From contig LCBB01000003.1 in the NCBI GenBank assembly GCA_000996895.1, forward strand, positions 3,659 through 67,658: DNA of 64,000 bases, written 5' to 3'. Below, one piece after another: positions 48,635-59,471 of the stretch. Source of the DNA: a candidate division WWE3 bacterium GW2011_GWC2_41_23 (GTDB taxonomy: Bacteria > Patescibacteriota > WWE3 > UBA101185 > UBA10185). Position numbers and translations under genes: made by a program. The notes under the pieces were generated by a model. It was not told where the DNA came from. It saw nothing but the letters and a program-made list of their open reading frames with translations, and ran no database searches. Numbering within the stretch: position 1 is the stretch's first letter; each line of letters begins with the position of its first letter.

Positions 48635-49342
48635 TCAGCAAGTATGGAGGAAAGACGCAATGGGTTCAAAACTTTTTCTGTGAATTTCGCACGGTCCGTG
48701 GATTTTCAAGGCTTCGATATGCCTGGTTGTTCCATACCCTTTGTGGGAAGAAAAGCCATAAAGAGGAAACTTTTTATCCATTTCTATCATGAAATTGTCT
48801 CTGTAAACTTTTGCGATTATTGAGGCCGCTCCCACGCTGATACTTTTTAGGTCCCCTGAGATTATGTTTAATTGGCGCGCTTCGTCGAAGTTTTTTATCT
48901 TGACCACATCCGTGATGACAAACTCAGGAGTCACTTTGAGACCTGCCACGGCATTTTCAAAAGCCCGGGATGTGCAAACAGCCATTCCTTCTCTGTCTAT
49001 TGATTCATTGTCTATTTCGGTAATTGAGTAAGAAAGACATTCTTGCAACAGAAACTCATTCGCCTTTTGCCGTTTATTCGCCGATATTTTCTTGCTATCC
49101 GTGATGTTTTTGTATCCGGCTTTTCCTATATATTCGACGTCGTTATTTCTACTGAAACTCCTATTTCTACTGATGAGAAATGCCTCGATGTCCAGCATTT
49201 TCTCTATATCCAGAATAGCTGCTGCCACAACTAAAGGTCCCGCCAGCGGTCCCCTACCCACTTCATCCACACCGGCGATATATTTAAATCCCTGCGACAT
49301 GTACAGTTCTTTTTCAATTTGGAAGTTTTCAGGAAATCTCAC
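48635..49342 (-). CDS. rnhB: ribonuclease HII
   Basis: GVDEVGRGPLAGP, DSKK, AASIIAKV.RD, HKGYGT..H. Confidence 0.96.
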   Translation of the reverse strand: MRFPENFQIEKELYMSQGFKYIAGVDEVGRGPLAGPLVVAAAILDIEKMLDIEAFLISRNRSFSRNNDVEYIGKAGYKNITDSKKISANKRQKANEFLLQECLSYSITEIDNESIDREGMAVCTSRAFENAVAGLKVTPEFVITDVVKIKNFDEARQLNIISGDLKSISVGAASIIAKVYRDNFMIEMDKKFPLYGFSSHKGYGTTRHIEALKIHGPCEIHRKSFEPIASFLHTC

Positions 49343-49356
49343 ACGTACAGAATAAA

Positions 49357-51927
49357 TTATTCGTCGGTTTCTTCAAGCGCTTCTTCGATAACTGCGGCTG
49401 AAGTTAGAGTGTCCCCCGAGTCCAGTTTAATGAGCCTGACGCCTTGTGTTGCCCTGCCAAGCACCGGAACGTTCTTTGCCCCTATCCTTAAGACTTTACC
49501 GCTTGATGTGGCCAGGAGTACGTCCGAGCCCTTGTCCGTGTTAACCGCTCTGGCGCTTACCAAGTGGCCTGTCTTGTCCGTTACTTTATAAGTAAGTATG
49601 CCCGACCCTGCCCTACTCTGAGTTTTATATTCACTTGTTTTTGTTCTTTTGCCGTAGCCTTTGTCTGACACGACAAGGAGATCTATATTTTTCGCGCTCT
49701 TGGGTACTATTACCGAGCCCACGACGCTGTCGTTACCTTTGCTGAGTTTTATTCCGGTAACACCTCCTGCGGCGCGTCCCATATCTCTGACATCTTTTTC
49801 GCTGAATCTTATGGACTGACCCATGGTTGTAGTGATAAGCACGTCGTCATCGCCGTAAGTAATTCCTGCAAAGGCAAGATTATCTCCGGCTCCGAGCTTT
49901 ATAGCCAGTATCCCTGAGGATCTTATGTTTGAGAATTCAGGCATTCCTGTTCTTTTTACAACACCTTTTTCGGTGACGAAGAACACAAATCCTTTCTCTT
50001 CGGCCATATCAGACGTAGTTACAGTTAAAAAGGCCTCTATTCTTTCACTTTGTGTTGTGCTTAAAAAGTTGACTAAAGGAGTTCCTTTTGCTGTTCTTGA
50101 TGATTCCGGTATGTCCCATACGCGCATTTTATATACGCGTCCGGTGTTTGTGAAAAATAGTGCCCAGTCGTGAGTCGAGCAAGTTCTGATAGTATCAACG
50201 CTATCCTCCTCTTTCAACCCCTGTCCTACAACGCCCTTTCCTCCCCTACCCTGTTTCTTGTAAGTGTCTTCTTTTAATCTTTTGATGTAGCCGCTTTCAC
50301 TGATTGTTACTATGCAGGGCTCATCTATGATGAGGTCTTCGTCGGAAAGTTCGCCGACCTTACCTTTTACGACAATACTTTTTCTCTTGTCGCCATATCT
50401 TTCTTTCAGGTCTTCGAGCTCTTTTTTGACGGTCTCGATTATTCTCGTAGGCGAGGCTATCAGGTCCTCGAAATCGTCTATGATGGCCACTATCTCTCTT
50501 AACTCATCTTCTATCTTTTGTCTTTCAAGAGCGGCGAGCTTTCTTAACTGCATATCCAGTATTGCTTGCGACTGAATTTCCGAAAGTCCGAATTTCTTCA
50601 TTAGCCCTAACTTTGCAACTTCGGCGTCTTTGCTTGCTCTGATGAGCGCTATGACGGCATCCAGGTTATCGAGAGCGATTTTTAAACCCTGTAGAACATG
50701 TTCTCTTTCCCGCGCTCTTCTGAGTAAGTAAATTGTTCTTTTTACCACTACTTGCTGTCTGTGTCGTACAAACTCTTCCAATATCATTTTTAGGGTCATG
50801 AGCTTGGGCTCGTTATCAAGCAAGGCAACGAAATTTGCATTGAAAGTGTTTTGAAGTTGGGTATATTTATACAGCTGATTCTGTATTTTCATTACTACTG
50901 CCTCTTTCTTGAGTTCTACGACAATTCTTAGTCCCTGTTTATTGGATTCGTCTCTCAGATCCGAGATGCCTTCGATTCTTTTGTCCTTTACCAAATCCGC
51001 GATTTTTGAAATAAGGGTGGATTTGTTGACCATGTAAGGAATTTCGGTGACGACGAGCTTCATCTTTTCACCTTTTCCTTCTTCTATTCCCATCTTCGCT
51101 CTGGTCACTACCCTACCCTTCCCTGTTGCGTACATCTGTATGATTTCTTTTTGATCGTAAATTGTCCCTCCTGTAGGAAAGTCGGGACCTTTGATTATTT
51201 TGACGAGGTCTTCGACGTTTGCCGAAGATTCAAAAGCAAGTTTGGCGACCTTGTCCTTATCTTCTTTTCCCGGTTTTTCGCCTATTTCTATGGCTTTTTC
51301 AATCAGGAGATTTATTCCGTCGACTACCTCGGAAAGGTTATGAGGGGGTACGTTTGTTGCCATACCTACGGCAATTCCTGCCGCACCATTTAGTAGTAAA
51401 TTGGGTAAAAGACTCGGTAAGTAGGTAGGTTCGTAGTTTTGCAGGTCATTCATTACGAATGCTATGGTTTCTTTGTCTATATCGGAATAAAGTTCCTCGG
51501 AGATTTTATGAAGTTTACACTCTGTATACCTCATAGCTGCCGGCGGGTCTCCGTCTATACTTCCGAAGTTTCCTTGAGGGAAAACCAACGGGTATCTCAA
51601 GTTGAAGTCCTGTGCCATTCTGACAAGAGCTTCATAAACCGAAGTGTCGCCGTGGGGGTGATACTTCTTTAAAACTTCTCCTATAACAGCCGCGCATTTA
51701 TGGAACTTGCCGGATGCTGACATGCCCTGATCCTGCATAGCGTAGATAACTCTTCTTTGTACCGGCTTTAATCCGTCTCTGACGTCAGGAAGGGCGCGCG
51801 AAACAATGACTGACATCGCATAGTCCAAATAAGAACTTTGCATCTCATCAGTGATTTCAGTTTGGAGTACTCTTTCATCCAGCTCCTCTTGAGTTAGTTG
51901 AGTTATTTCATCTGGTTTCTTAGCCAT
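49357..51927 (-). CDS. gyrA: DNA gyrase subunit A
   Basis: [29 protein letters not shown], GyrA-box QGRGGKG. Confidence 0.97.
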   Translation of the reverse strand: MAKKPDEITQLTQEELDERVLQTEITDEMQSSYLDYAMSVIVSRALPDVRDGLKPVQRRVIYAMQDQGMSASGKFHKCAAVIGEVLKKYHPHGDTSVYEALVRMAQDFNLRYPLVFPQGNFGSIDGDPPAAMRYTECKLHKISEELYSDIDKETIAFVMNDLQNYEPTYLPSLLPNLLLNGAAGIAVGMATNVPPHNLSEVVDGINLLIEKAIEIGEKPGKEDKDKVAKLAFESSANVEDLVKIIKGPDFPTGGTIYDQKEIIQMYATGKGRVVTRAKMGIEEGKGEKMKLVVTEIPYMVNKSTLISKIADLVKDKRIEGISDLRDESNKQGLRIVVELKKEAVVMKIQNQLYKYTQLQNTFNANFVALLDNEPKLMTLKMILEEFVRHRQQVVVKRTIYLLRRAREREHVLQGLKIALDNLDAVIALIRASKDAEVAKLGLMKKFGLSEIQSQAILDMQLRKLAALERQKIEDELREIVAIIDDFEDLIASPTRIIETVKKELEDLKERYGDKRKSIVVKGKVGELSDEDLIIDEPCIVTISESGYIKRLKEDTYKKQGRGGKGVVGQGLKEEDSVDTIRTCSTHDWALFFTNTGRVYKMRVWDIPESSRTAKGTPLVNFLSTTQSERIEAFLTVTTSDMAEEKGFVFFVTEKGVVKRTGMPEFSNIRSSGILAIKLGAGDNLAFAGITYGDDDVLITTTMGQSIRFSEKDVRDMGRAAGGVTGIKLSKGNDSVVGSVIVPKSAKNIDLLVVSDKGYGKRTKTSEYKTQSRAGSGILTYKVTDKTGHLVSARAVNTDKGSDVLLATSSGKVLRIGAKNVPVLGRATQGVRLIKLDSGDTLTSAAVIEEALEETDE

Positions 51928-52035
51928 AACTAGATAATATTAACACTTTTTCGTCTGTCTTTCCACCCCTTTTTTAGTGCTATAAAGGGAAAAACGCCGT
52001 AAGTGAGTTTTTTTGCCGTGCTGTCTGAGTACAAA

Positions 52036-52062
52036 GAAAGACCGCGCCGGGCGCGGTCTTTC
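52036..52062. terminator. GC-rich hairpin downstream of hppA
   Basis: gaaagaccgcgc-cgg-gcgcggtctttc perfect stem. Confidence 0.6.
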
Positions 52063-52088
52063 ACGAATATTATTCTTAGCTAAATTGG

Positions 52089-54314
52089 TTACTCCTGTGC
52101 GAAAGCTTTTTTTCTAAAGTCGCCTTTCTGAAAGAAAAGTAACCAGGCAAGAGATCCAAGAATAACAGCGGCAATTCCGTATTTAACCACAGGATTAATA
52201 TCCATGACTAAAAGAGGAGCTATGATAACCGAGATTAGGTTAATCACTTTGAGTAAAGGATTAAGGGCAGGACCTGCGGTGTCCTTCAACGGATCTCCTA
52301 CAGTGTCTCCCACGATACTGGCTTTATGAGCTTCCGATCCTTTACCTCCGAAGTTACCTTCTTCAACGTATTTTTTAGCGTTATCCCAAGCACCTCCGGC
52401 GTTGGACATAAATACCGCTAATAACTGGCCCGATAAAATCAGTCCGGCGAGGAATCCTCCGAGAGGTTCGACCCCGAATAAAAGTCCTACCAACACCGAG
52501 CTTAATACTGCCAAGAGAGCTATAGGTAATAGTTCCTTTTGAGCCGATTTGGTACAGATAGCGACGGTTGTGGCATAGTCAGGTTTTACGGTACCTTCCA
52601 ATATGCCGGGTATTCTAAACTGTCTCCTCACGTCGGCAATGATAGATGACGCTGCTCGTGAGACGGCATCAATCAGACGGGAACTAAATAGTAACGGTAA
52701 AGCACCTCCTATCAAAAGCCCCACGAAAACAAGAGGCTCGGATACTCTTATACCGCTCGCCAAAGTCCCGGGTCTTACTTTTTCCACGTCGGTAATAAAA
52801 GAACCGAACAAAGATACGGCCGCAATAACTGCGCTTCCTATGGCCACACCTTTAGTAATAGCTTTTGTGGTATTTCCTGCTGCGTCAAGACGCGCCAATA
52901 TGGCCTGACCTTTAGAATCAATCTTTGCCATTTCTCCGATACCGCCCGCGTTGTCTGAGATAGGACCGAATGAGTCCATCGCAACATTGTTGCCGGTAAG
53001 GGTTAACATTCCGATACCGGTTAGCGACACCCCGTACAAAACGTATACAGGAGGGAACCCGGAATAAATTGCAATTGCCCCTACTATTGTCAGTGCGATG
53101 ACGAGAGCTGACCAAACACTGGATTCCAAGCCTGTTGAAAGACCGGAAAGTATTGTTGTGGCTGCCCCGCTTTTGGTCTGTTCCGCGATTTTCTTAACAG
53201 GAGCATACGCGCCATCCGTGAAATAACCCGTTACGTGGTCAATAACGATGGCTAAGATAACACCGATAACGACTGATCCGAATGCTCTCCACTCATGCAT
53301 ATAGAACTGAGCGAGAACTGAAAATAAGACAACGGATATTGCAGCGGATGTATAGAACCCGCGGTTAATTGTGTGTAAAGGATTTTCGTTGTTTCGGCTC
53401 TTAACAAATGCGGTTCCTATAATAGAGCTCAACACACCGATTCCTCTTACTATTAACGGGAAGACGATCCACTTTACAGATCCTGTAAGGGAAGCAAGAG
53501 CTAGCCCCAGGATCAATGAGGAAACTATAGTAACTTCGTAGCTTTCGAAAATGTCGGCTGCCATTCCCGCACAGTCTCCCACGTTATCTCCGACAAGATC
53601 AGCGACAACTGCGGGATTTCTTGGGTCATCCTCAGGTATACCGGCCTCGATTTTTCCAACAAGATCAGCACCCACATCTGCAGCTTTGGTGTATATTCCG
53701 CCGCCGACTCTCATTAATAGAGCAAGCAAAGTACCTCCGAAGCCGAATCCCAGTAATGCATCTGGAGCCGCTTTTCCGAAGGATATGAAAATTAAAGTTC
53801 CGCCGAGCAAACCAAGTCCGTCGGTAAGCATTCCCGTTACGGTACCTGCACGGTACGCGGTTTTGAGAGCTTCCGGTGCCTTTTCTTTAGACGCGAGATC
53901 GGCGACTCTAATGGATGCATCTATTGCCATTCTCATGCCAAGGCGGCCAACCATCGCCGAGAATATTGCTCCGGCTAAGAACGCAAGTGCGCGTCCTACC
54001 GCGACGATAATTTTGGCATTGGCGCCAAATACTTCTGTAGCTTCGGCAGAGGGTTGAACAACCCAAACGCTGAGAAACAGCACAACTACAAGCACGCCAA
54101 TCATATTACGGATAATGCGCCATTGTGACGCCAGGTATGCTTCGGCCCCTTCTTTGATGCCTCCCCACACTTCTCTCATTTTTCCCTCAGGTAAGGGAAT
54201 ACTTAAAATTTGACGTCTCAGATAGAATGCGTAGTAAAGCCCTAAAAGAGCTATACCCAAAACACCGAACAAACTTGCAACTTCAAACGTTGAGAATTCT
54301 TTTAATCCAATCAT
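52089..54314 (-). CDS. hppA: membrane-bound pyrophosphatase, K+-independent H+-pumping type
   Basis: GGGIYTKAADVGADLVGKIE, EDDPRNP, DNVGDCAG, GNTTKA (Lys signature), GDTVGDPLKDTAGP. Confidence 0.93.
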   Translation of the reverse strand: MIGLKEFSTFEVASLFGVLGIALLGLYYAFYLRRQILSIPLPEGKMREVWGGIKEGAEAYLASQWRIIRNMIGVLVVVLFLSVWVVQPSAEATEVFGANAKIIVAVGRALAFLAGAIFSAMVGRLGMRMAIDASIRVADLASKEKAPEALKTAYRAGTVTGMLTDGLGLLGGTLIFISFGKAAPDALLGFGFGGTLLALLMRVGGGIYTKAADVGADLVGKIEAGIPEDDPRNPAVVADLVGDNVGDCAGMAADIFESYEVTIVSSLILGLALASLTGSVKWIVFPLIVRGIGVLSSIIGTAFVKSRNNENPLHTINRGFYTSAAISVVLFSVLAQFYMHEWRAFGSVVIGVILAIVIDHVTGYFTDGAYAPVKKIAEQTKSGAATTILSGLSTGLESSVWSALVIALTIVGAIAIYSGFPPVYVLYGVSLTGIGMLTLTGNNVAMDSFGPISDNAGGIGEMAKIDSKGQAILARLDAAGNTTKAITKGVAIGSAVIAAVSLFGSFITDVEKVRPGTLASGIRVSEPLVFVGLLIGGALPLLFSSRLIDAVSRAASSIIADVRRQFRIPGILEGTVKPDYATTVAICTKSAQKELLPIALLAVLSSVLVGLLFGVEPLGGFLAGLILSGQLLAVFMSNAGGAWDNAKKYVEEGNFGGKGSEAHKASIVGDTVGDPLKDTAGPALNPLLKVINLISVIIAPLLVMDINPVVKYGIAAVILGSLAWLLFFQKGDFRKKAFAQE

Positions 54315-54477
54315 GAGGAGAATTTTAACTGCGCGTACATTTGTTTGTCAACCTTATTTTCCTTAATATTATAAGGTTCCCGGCATGTAGATCGTAGGAA
54401 TTTTTATGAGAAAAAGAAAGGACCCAAAAAAATGTTCTTTTTTGGGTCCAAGCCGGGAGGACGCGGCTGATGTAGTC

Positions 54478-54765
54478 TCAATTGAGAAAGTTTCGTACCC
54501 TACATTTAAAGAGTTCGAAATTAAAATCTTCCGGTTCGAAACCCTCCTCCATTATTTGCTTTCTGATCTTTTCGAGCGTGGGACCATGCAGTTCCCATTT
54601 ATTGCCGGTTCTGGACGCCTGTATGTAGAACAGAAATTCCTTGGTCTGTGCCTCTGAAATCAGGGTCACGGGAATTTTTACCAGGTGTTTGATGTTGTCA
54701 GGACATATTTTTTCGGTCGACGGGTTACCTATACAGCAACTTCTAATCGCCTGAAGATCGCTCAT
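54478..54765 (-). CDS. hypothetical protein
   Basis: SD AAGGAG before ATG; followed by ggacccaaaaaa/ttttttgggtcc hairpin (~54420-54449). Confidence 0.65.
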   Translation of the reverse strand: MSDLQAIRSCCIGNPSTEKICPDNIKHLVKIPVTLISEAQTKEFLFYIQASRTGNKWELHGPTLEKIRKQIMEEGFEPEDFNFELFKCRVRNFLN

Positions 54766-54827
54766 TTCTCTCTCCTTTAGTACATTATTTTTTTATATTT
54801 GTAAAAAGTATAAACCAAGTTTGGAGT

Positions 54828-56807
54828 TTATGTAATATCCAGATTTGCCTGTTTGGCGTGCGTTTGTATGAATCTCTTTCGTGGTGCCACTTCTTCACCC
54901 ATAAGCATTGTGAAAACTTCATCAGCCCTGGAGGCATCCGCCACATTTATTTGTTTAAGACGTCTTGTTTCGGGGTTCATGGTCGTTTCCCAAAGCTCAT
55001 CGGCGTTCATCTCGCCCAGCCCTTTAAACCTTTGGGTTACAGCCTTTTGACCCTCCGGAGTTTTCAGAAACTTTTCTCTGTCGCGGTCGTCGAATAAGTA
55101 TCTCTTCTCTTTTCCCCAGACTGCTTTATATAAAGGAGGCACAGCAACGAAAATATGTCCTTCCTGAATAAGTTCGGGCATGTGTCTATAAAAGAAAGTT
55201 AGATAAAGAGAAACAATGTGCATTCCGTCGACGTCGGCATCTGCCATAAGTATTATTTTTCCGTATCTGACCTTTGCAGGATTGTACTGCTCCCCTATTC
55301 CTGCACCTATGGCAATAATTAGGGCTTTAAACTTGTCGCTGTCCACTATTTTATCTAAACGAGCTCTTTCTGTGTTCAGAATCTTCCCGAATATAGGTAG
55401 AATGGCCTGATACTCCCTGTTTCGTCCTTGTTTTGCAGAACCTCCCGCGGAGTCTCCCTCGACGATAAATATCTCAGTTTTTTCCGCATCTTTTTTAGAA
55501 CAGTCAGCGAGTTTTCCGGGTAGGACACCGCTGCCCTCGAGAGCCGTTTTTCTTATAACGGTATCCCGCGCGGCTTTGGCTGCCATTCTGGCTTTAAGTG
55601 CAAGGATGTTTTTCTCTATTATTGCCTGCGCGTCTTTGGGGTTTTCGTTGAAGAAGGTTTCAAGCGACTCTTTTATTACGGATTCCACCGCTACTCTGAC
55701 ATTAGTATTACCTAATTTCGCTTTGGTCTGTCCTTCAAACTGCAAGGAGGCTGAATCAAGGGAAACTGAGATTACCGCTGTCAGTCCTTCTCTTAAGTCA
55801 TCGCCGGATAAATTTGCATCTTTCTCTTTAAGATACCCTGCTTTTCTCGCGTAATCGTTAACACATTTAGTAAGAGCAGTTCTGAAGCCGGTAAGATGTG
55901 TTCCGCCTTCGGAATTTTTAAGGTGATTTGCGAATGTGAGAACATTTTCAGTAAAAGAATCGTTATACTGCAGAGCCGCCTCAACAGTTACGTCATCGTA
56001 GTCTTTTTTAACGTGGTACACCTTCGGGTTAAGAACTGTTTTGTTCCTGTTTAATGCCGTGAGATATGCTTTTACCCCACCTTCGAAATGATACGTATAC
56101 TGCTGGCCGGTTCTGTGGTCCTCAAGTTCAAACTTAATGCCTGCAGTGAGGTATGCATATTCCCTTAATTGGTTCAAGAAATATTTAAAATCGAAGTTGG
56201 TAGTTTCAAAAATGGTATCGTCAGGCATGAATTCCACGACTGTACCCGTATCATAATTAAAAGTGGTCAGATCAATACCCCACGGTGCGGATTTTAGTTT
56301 TGAAATCGTTTTTGGTTTAGATGGATCTATTTTTTCTACCGGTCTTACGACATGACCGCCGTTTTCGTATTCTTGTATTACCGTGTTAGGTCCTCTTTTA
56401 ACCACCACCCTACACCACTTTGAAAGTGCGTTAACGACTGAGGCTCCTACTCCGTGTAATCCGCTTGAAACTTTATATCCTCCGCCGCCGAATTTTCCGC
56501 CCGCGTGTAATTTTGTGTAAGCAAGTTCAAGTGCGCTGACACCGTAACCTTTTTTAATGTCGTAGGGAATACCGCGGCCGTTGTCGTAAACAATCGCAGA
56601 TCCGTATTCGGTGAAAACGAGTTTGATGTGAGATGCAAAACCGCCGATTGCTTCATCCATTGAGTTGTTAACCACCTCGGTTATTAAATGATGCAACCCC
56701 TCCTGTCCGGTGGAGCCGATATACATTCCGGGTCTTTTTCTAACAGGATCCAGTCCCTCAAGAACCTGAATCTGATCTGAGCTGTAATTATCGTAGTTGT
56801 TAGTCAT
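54828..56807 (-). CDS. gyrB: DNA gyrase subunit B
   Basis: VRKRPGMYIG, LHAGGKF, GLHGVG.S.VNALS, VEGDSAGGS, DADVDG.HI, RFKGLGEM. Confidence 0.97.
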   Translation of the reverse strand: MTNNYDNYSSDQIQVLEGLDPVRKRPGMYIGSTGQEGLHHLITEVVNNSMDEAIGGFASHIKLVFTEYGSAIVYDNGRGIPYDIKKGYGVSALELAYTKLHAGGKFGGGGYKVSSGLHGVGASVVNALSKWCRVVVKRGPNTVIQEYENGGHVVRPVEKIDPSKPKTISKLKSAPWGIDLTTFNYDTGTVVEFMPDDTIFETTNFDFKYFLNQLREYAYLTAGIKFELEDHRTGQQYTYHFEGGVKAYLTALNRNKTVLNPKVYHVKKDYDDVTVEAALQYNDSFTENVLTFANHLKNSEGGTHLTGFRTALTKCVNDYARKAGYLKEKDANLSGDDLREGLTAVISVSLDSASLQFEGQTKAKLGNTNVRVAVESVIKESLETFFNENPKDAQAIIEKNILALKARMAAKAARDTVIRKTALEGSGVLPGKLADCSKKDAEKTEIFIVEGDSAGGSAKQGRNREYQAILPIFGKILNTERARLDKIVDSDKFKALIIAIGAGIGEQYNPAKVRYGKIILMADADVDGMHIVSLYLTFFYRHMPELIQEGHIFVAVPPLYKAVWGKEKRYLFDDRDREKFLKTPEGQKAVTQRFKGLGEMNADELWETTMNPETRRLKQINVADASRADEVFTMLMGEEVAPRKRFIQTHAKQANLDIT

Positions 56808-56866
56808 AACCCTAGTATTGTATATCAGTGGGAGAGTATATTCAACACCTTTTCGCCCATTTTTGC

Positions 56867-57511
56867 CTACAGATTAAGCAAAAGAGCCTCTACCGCGAGG
56901 CGTTGGTTTACGTTGGTCTCTTCGAGAGTTTTTTTGGTTTGGAGAATCTTTTTTATCCTCACAGCAGTGACTGTTCCCGGTGACGTAGCGTGTAATTCGC
57001 GTACCCACTTTTCCATGATTTCCACCGTTTCTTCTTTTTCTGTTTCGGATATTTCTTTTGCTTTGTCCAACCGTTGTCCTGGGTTCATATTCAGGATTTT
57101 TTTTATTCCCGAATCTTCTCTTTCAATTTCTTCTGAAGGGAAAGCGCGTTTTTTTACGCATCTGGAGATTACCGTCTCAAGAAGTGAGTTTTCGGTTTTC
57201 GAAAGTAAAAAAAGCTCGGCATATTTAGGAGGTTCTTCAAGAATTTTCAGCAAAGCGTTCTGGGCTTCCGTGGTCATAAGCTCGGAATTTGCTATTACTA
57301 CTGTTTTCTTCTCTTTATTTAACGGTTTCTCCTGTAAAAATTTTTTAACTTTTCTCGAGGATGCAATTCCGATGCTTTTTTTATCTTCTTCTTTCTCCAC
57401 TATCAAAAGATCGGGGTCACCTGAGTTTTCAATATGAAGGACGCCCTCCTTTCGGAGTGTTTCAACTCTGTCTTTAAATGTTCCTCCATATATAAGTACC
57501 GCTTTTCCCAT
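56867..57511 (-). CDS. holB: DNA polymerase III delta-prime-like subunit
   Basis: AQNALLKILEEPP, LLETVISRC, NVNQRLA. Confidence 0.85.
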   Translation of the reverse strand: MGKAVLIYGGTFKDRVETLRKEGVLHIENSGDPDLLIVEKEEDKKSIGIASSRKVKKFLQEKPLNKEKKTVVIANSELMTTEAQNALLKILEEPPKYAELFLLSKTENSLLETVISRCVKKRAFPSEEIEREDSGIKKILNMNPGQRLDKAKEISETEKEETVEIMEKWVRELHATSPGTVTAVRIKKILQTKKTLEETNVNQRLAVEALLLNL

Positions 57512-57637
57512 AGGAAGATTATACTTTAAGAAGAACAACGTGCCTAACTTCCTTAAACGGCGCTGTGCTTGAAAGAAGTATTGCGGACATTGGGGCAAGT
57601 TGTTAACATATTTAAGTAGAAGTTAGTTGACTGCCCT

Positions 57638-59401
57638 ATGCTAAAAACAGAAACAGTTAAAACAGTCGCAGACGTTTTGTACGAAAAAAAGCTGATAAAC
57701 TCGGATCAGCTTGCTGCTATCAAATTTGAAAATGTTAACACCGGTAAAAGTGTTGAGCAGGTTGTAAAAGACCGCGGCTATGTTAAAGCCGAAGATTTCG
57801 CCGAGGCTTTAGGTGTGGTTTACAATGTTCCTTTTATTACCCTTACTGCTGAGCAGGTCGACCCGAGCTTAATGGATCTTGTCCCCTTGAATGTCGCCAA
57901 AAAATACAGATTTGTTCCTTTTGAGCTTAAGGAAAATAAACTTTCCCTGGCGATGATAGACCCTCTTGATCTTCAGACAATCGATTTTATCGAACGTAAA
58001 ACCGGGTACAAGGTTGTCCCTTACATAACTATTGAAAAGACAATTGAAAAAGTTTTGGAAGAACAAAAAGGTAAAGAGCTCGGTGAAGAAATTACGGCTG
58101 CCTTACAGGAAATTACCGAGACCACTTTAAAAATTGAGGAAAGCGGTGGTGAAATTACGGATGCTACCCTGCGCGACGCGCCTATCGCAAGAATAGTTTC
58201 GATGATACTGGAAACTGCTGTTAAAATCGGAGCATCGGACATACACATAGAGCCGGGTGAAGACGGTTCCCGCTTAAGGTACAGGGTCGACGGTATTTTG
58301 GAAGAGAAAAGAAAACTTCCTAAGGAAATGCATGACTCGGTTATAGCGAGAATAAAAATTCTTGCCTCAATGAAGATAGACGAAAAAAGGGTTCCGCAGG
58401 ACGGACGTTTTAAGGTACAGGTCGGAAAAAGCGAAACCGACTTGAGAATTTCTACCCTACCCACTATTTACGGCGAGAAAGTCGTTATCAGGTTATTAAA
58501 AGAAGAAGGTACCGTTTTCTCATTCCGCGATCTTGGTATGCGCGGTTCTACTTTAAAAAGATTTGAAGAAGCCTCTTTGAAACCTAACGGAATGCTTTTG
58601 GTCACAGGTCCTACCGGTTCGGGTAAGACTGTTACTTTGGCTTCCGCTTTAAGTAAATTAAATACTGTCCGCGTTAATATTGTGACACTCGAAGACCCGG
58701 TAGAAATACGGGTGCCCGGTGTTAATCAGGTGCAGGTCAATCCTCAAGCAGGTTTGGATTTTGCCGACGGGCTGAGATCTTTCTTAAGACAGGACCCGAA
58801 CATCATCATGGTTGGTGAAATTCGAGACGGAGACACTGCAGAACTGGCAGTTCACGCTGCTCTCACAGGACACTTGGTCTTGTCTACTCTGCACACAAAT
58901 TCAGCGGCAGGCGCATTGCCCAGGTTATTGGATATGGGAGTTGAAAACTTTTTATTAGCTTCAACTGTTAACGCGATATTGGCACAAAGACTCGTCAGAA
59001 AGATTTGTGTGGATTGCAAGGAAGAATATGAACCTCCCGAGGAAGTTCAGGAGAGTGTTAAGAAAATTGTAGCGGAGATTTCTGAAAATAAAGCGCTGCT
59101 AGCCAGAGACCCCGAAATAACAAAAATTCTAAAAAGCGTATCCGGAAAAGATAAACTTACTCTTTGGCACGGAAAAGGTTGCCCAAAGTGCGGAAATACC
59201 GGATATAGGGGAAGGATTGGTATCTACGAACTTCTTTACATGACTGAAGAAATTTCTCATCTGATTCTTGAAAATGCTCCGTCGAGCAAAATTCACGAAA
59301 CGGCTGTAAAACTTGGAATGCTCACTCTTCTCCAGGATGGTTACCTCAGAATTGTCGAAGGCATAACAACTCTTGAAGAAGTATTGAGAGTTGCCAAGTA
59401 A
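57638..59401 (+). CDS. pilB: type IV pilus assembly ATPase PilB
   Basis: MshEN-like N-domain, ASDIHIEP, GPTGSGKT, LRQDPN, AQRLVRK.C..C. Confidence 0.93.
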   Translation: MLKTETVKTVADVLYEKKLINSDQLAAIKFENVNTGKSVEQVVKDRGYVKAEDFAEALGVVYNVPFITLTAEQVDPSLMDLVPLNVAKKYRFVPFELKENKLSLAMIDPLDLQTIDFIERKTGYKVVPYITIEKTIEKVLEEQKGKELGEEITAALQEITETTLKIEESGGEITDATLRDAPIARIVSMILETAVKIGASDIHIEPGEDGSRLRYRVDGILEEKRKLPKEMHDSVIARIKILASMKIDEKRVPQDGRFKVQVGKSETDLRISTLPTIYGEKVVIRLLKEEGTVFSFRDLGMRGSTLKRFEEASLKPNGMLLVTGPTGSGKTVTLASALSKLNTVRVNIVTLEDPVEIRVPGVNQVQVNPQAGLDFADGLRSFLRQDPNIIMVGEIRDGDTAELAVHAALTGHLVLSTLHTNSAAGALPRLLDMGVENFLLASTVNAILAQRLVRKICVDCKEEYEPPEEVQESVKKIVAEISENKALLARDPEITKILKSVSGKDKLTLWHGKGCPKCGNTGYRGRIGIYELLYMTEEISHLILENAPSSKIHETAVKLGMLTLLQDGYLRIVEGITTLEEVLRVAK

Positions 59402-59471
59402 TAAAAGTATGTTCGTATTTGTAGGTATAAAAATAAGGATTTTATTAAAAAAAGGAGAGAATAATTAAAGT

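Noticed and set aside
47746-57437. Long antisense ORFs (47746-48294, 53551-54057, 56913-57437 and similar)
   Set aside because: Shadow frames of well-conserved genes, with no motifs or expression signals
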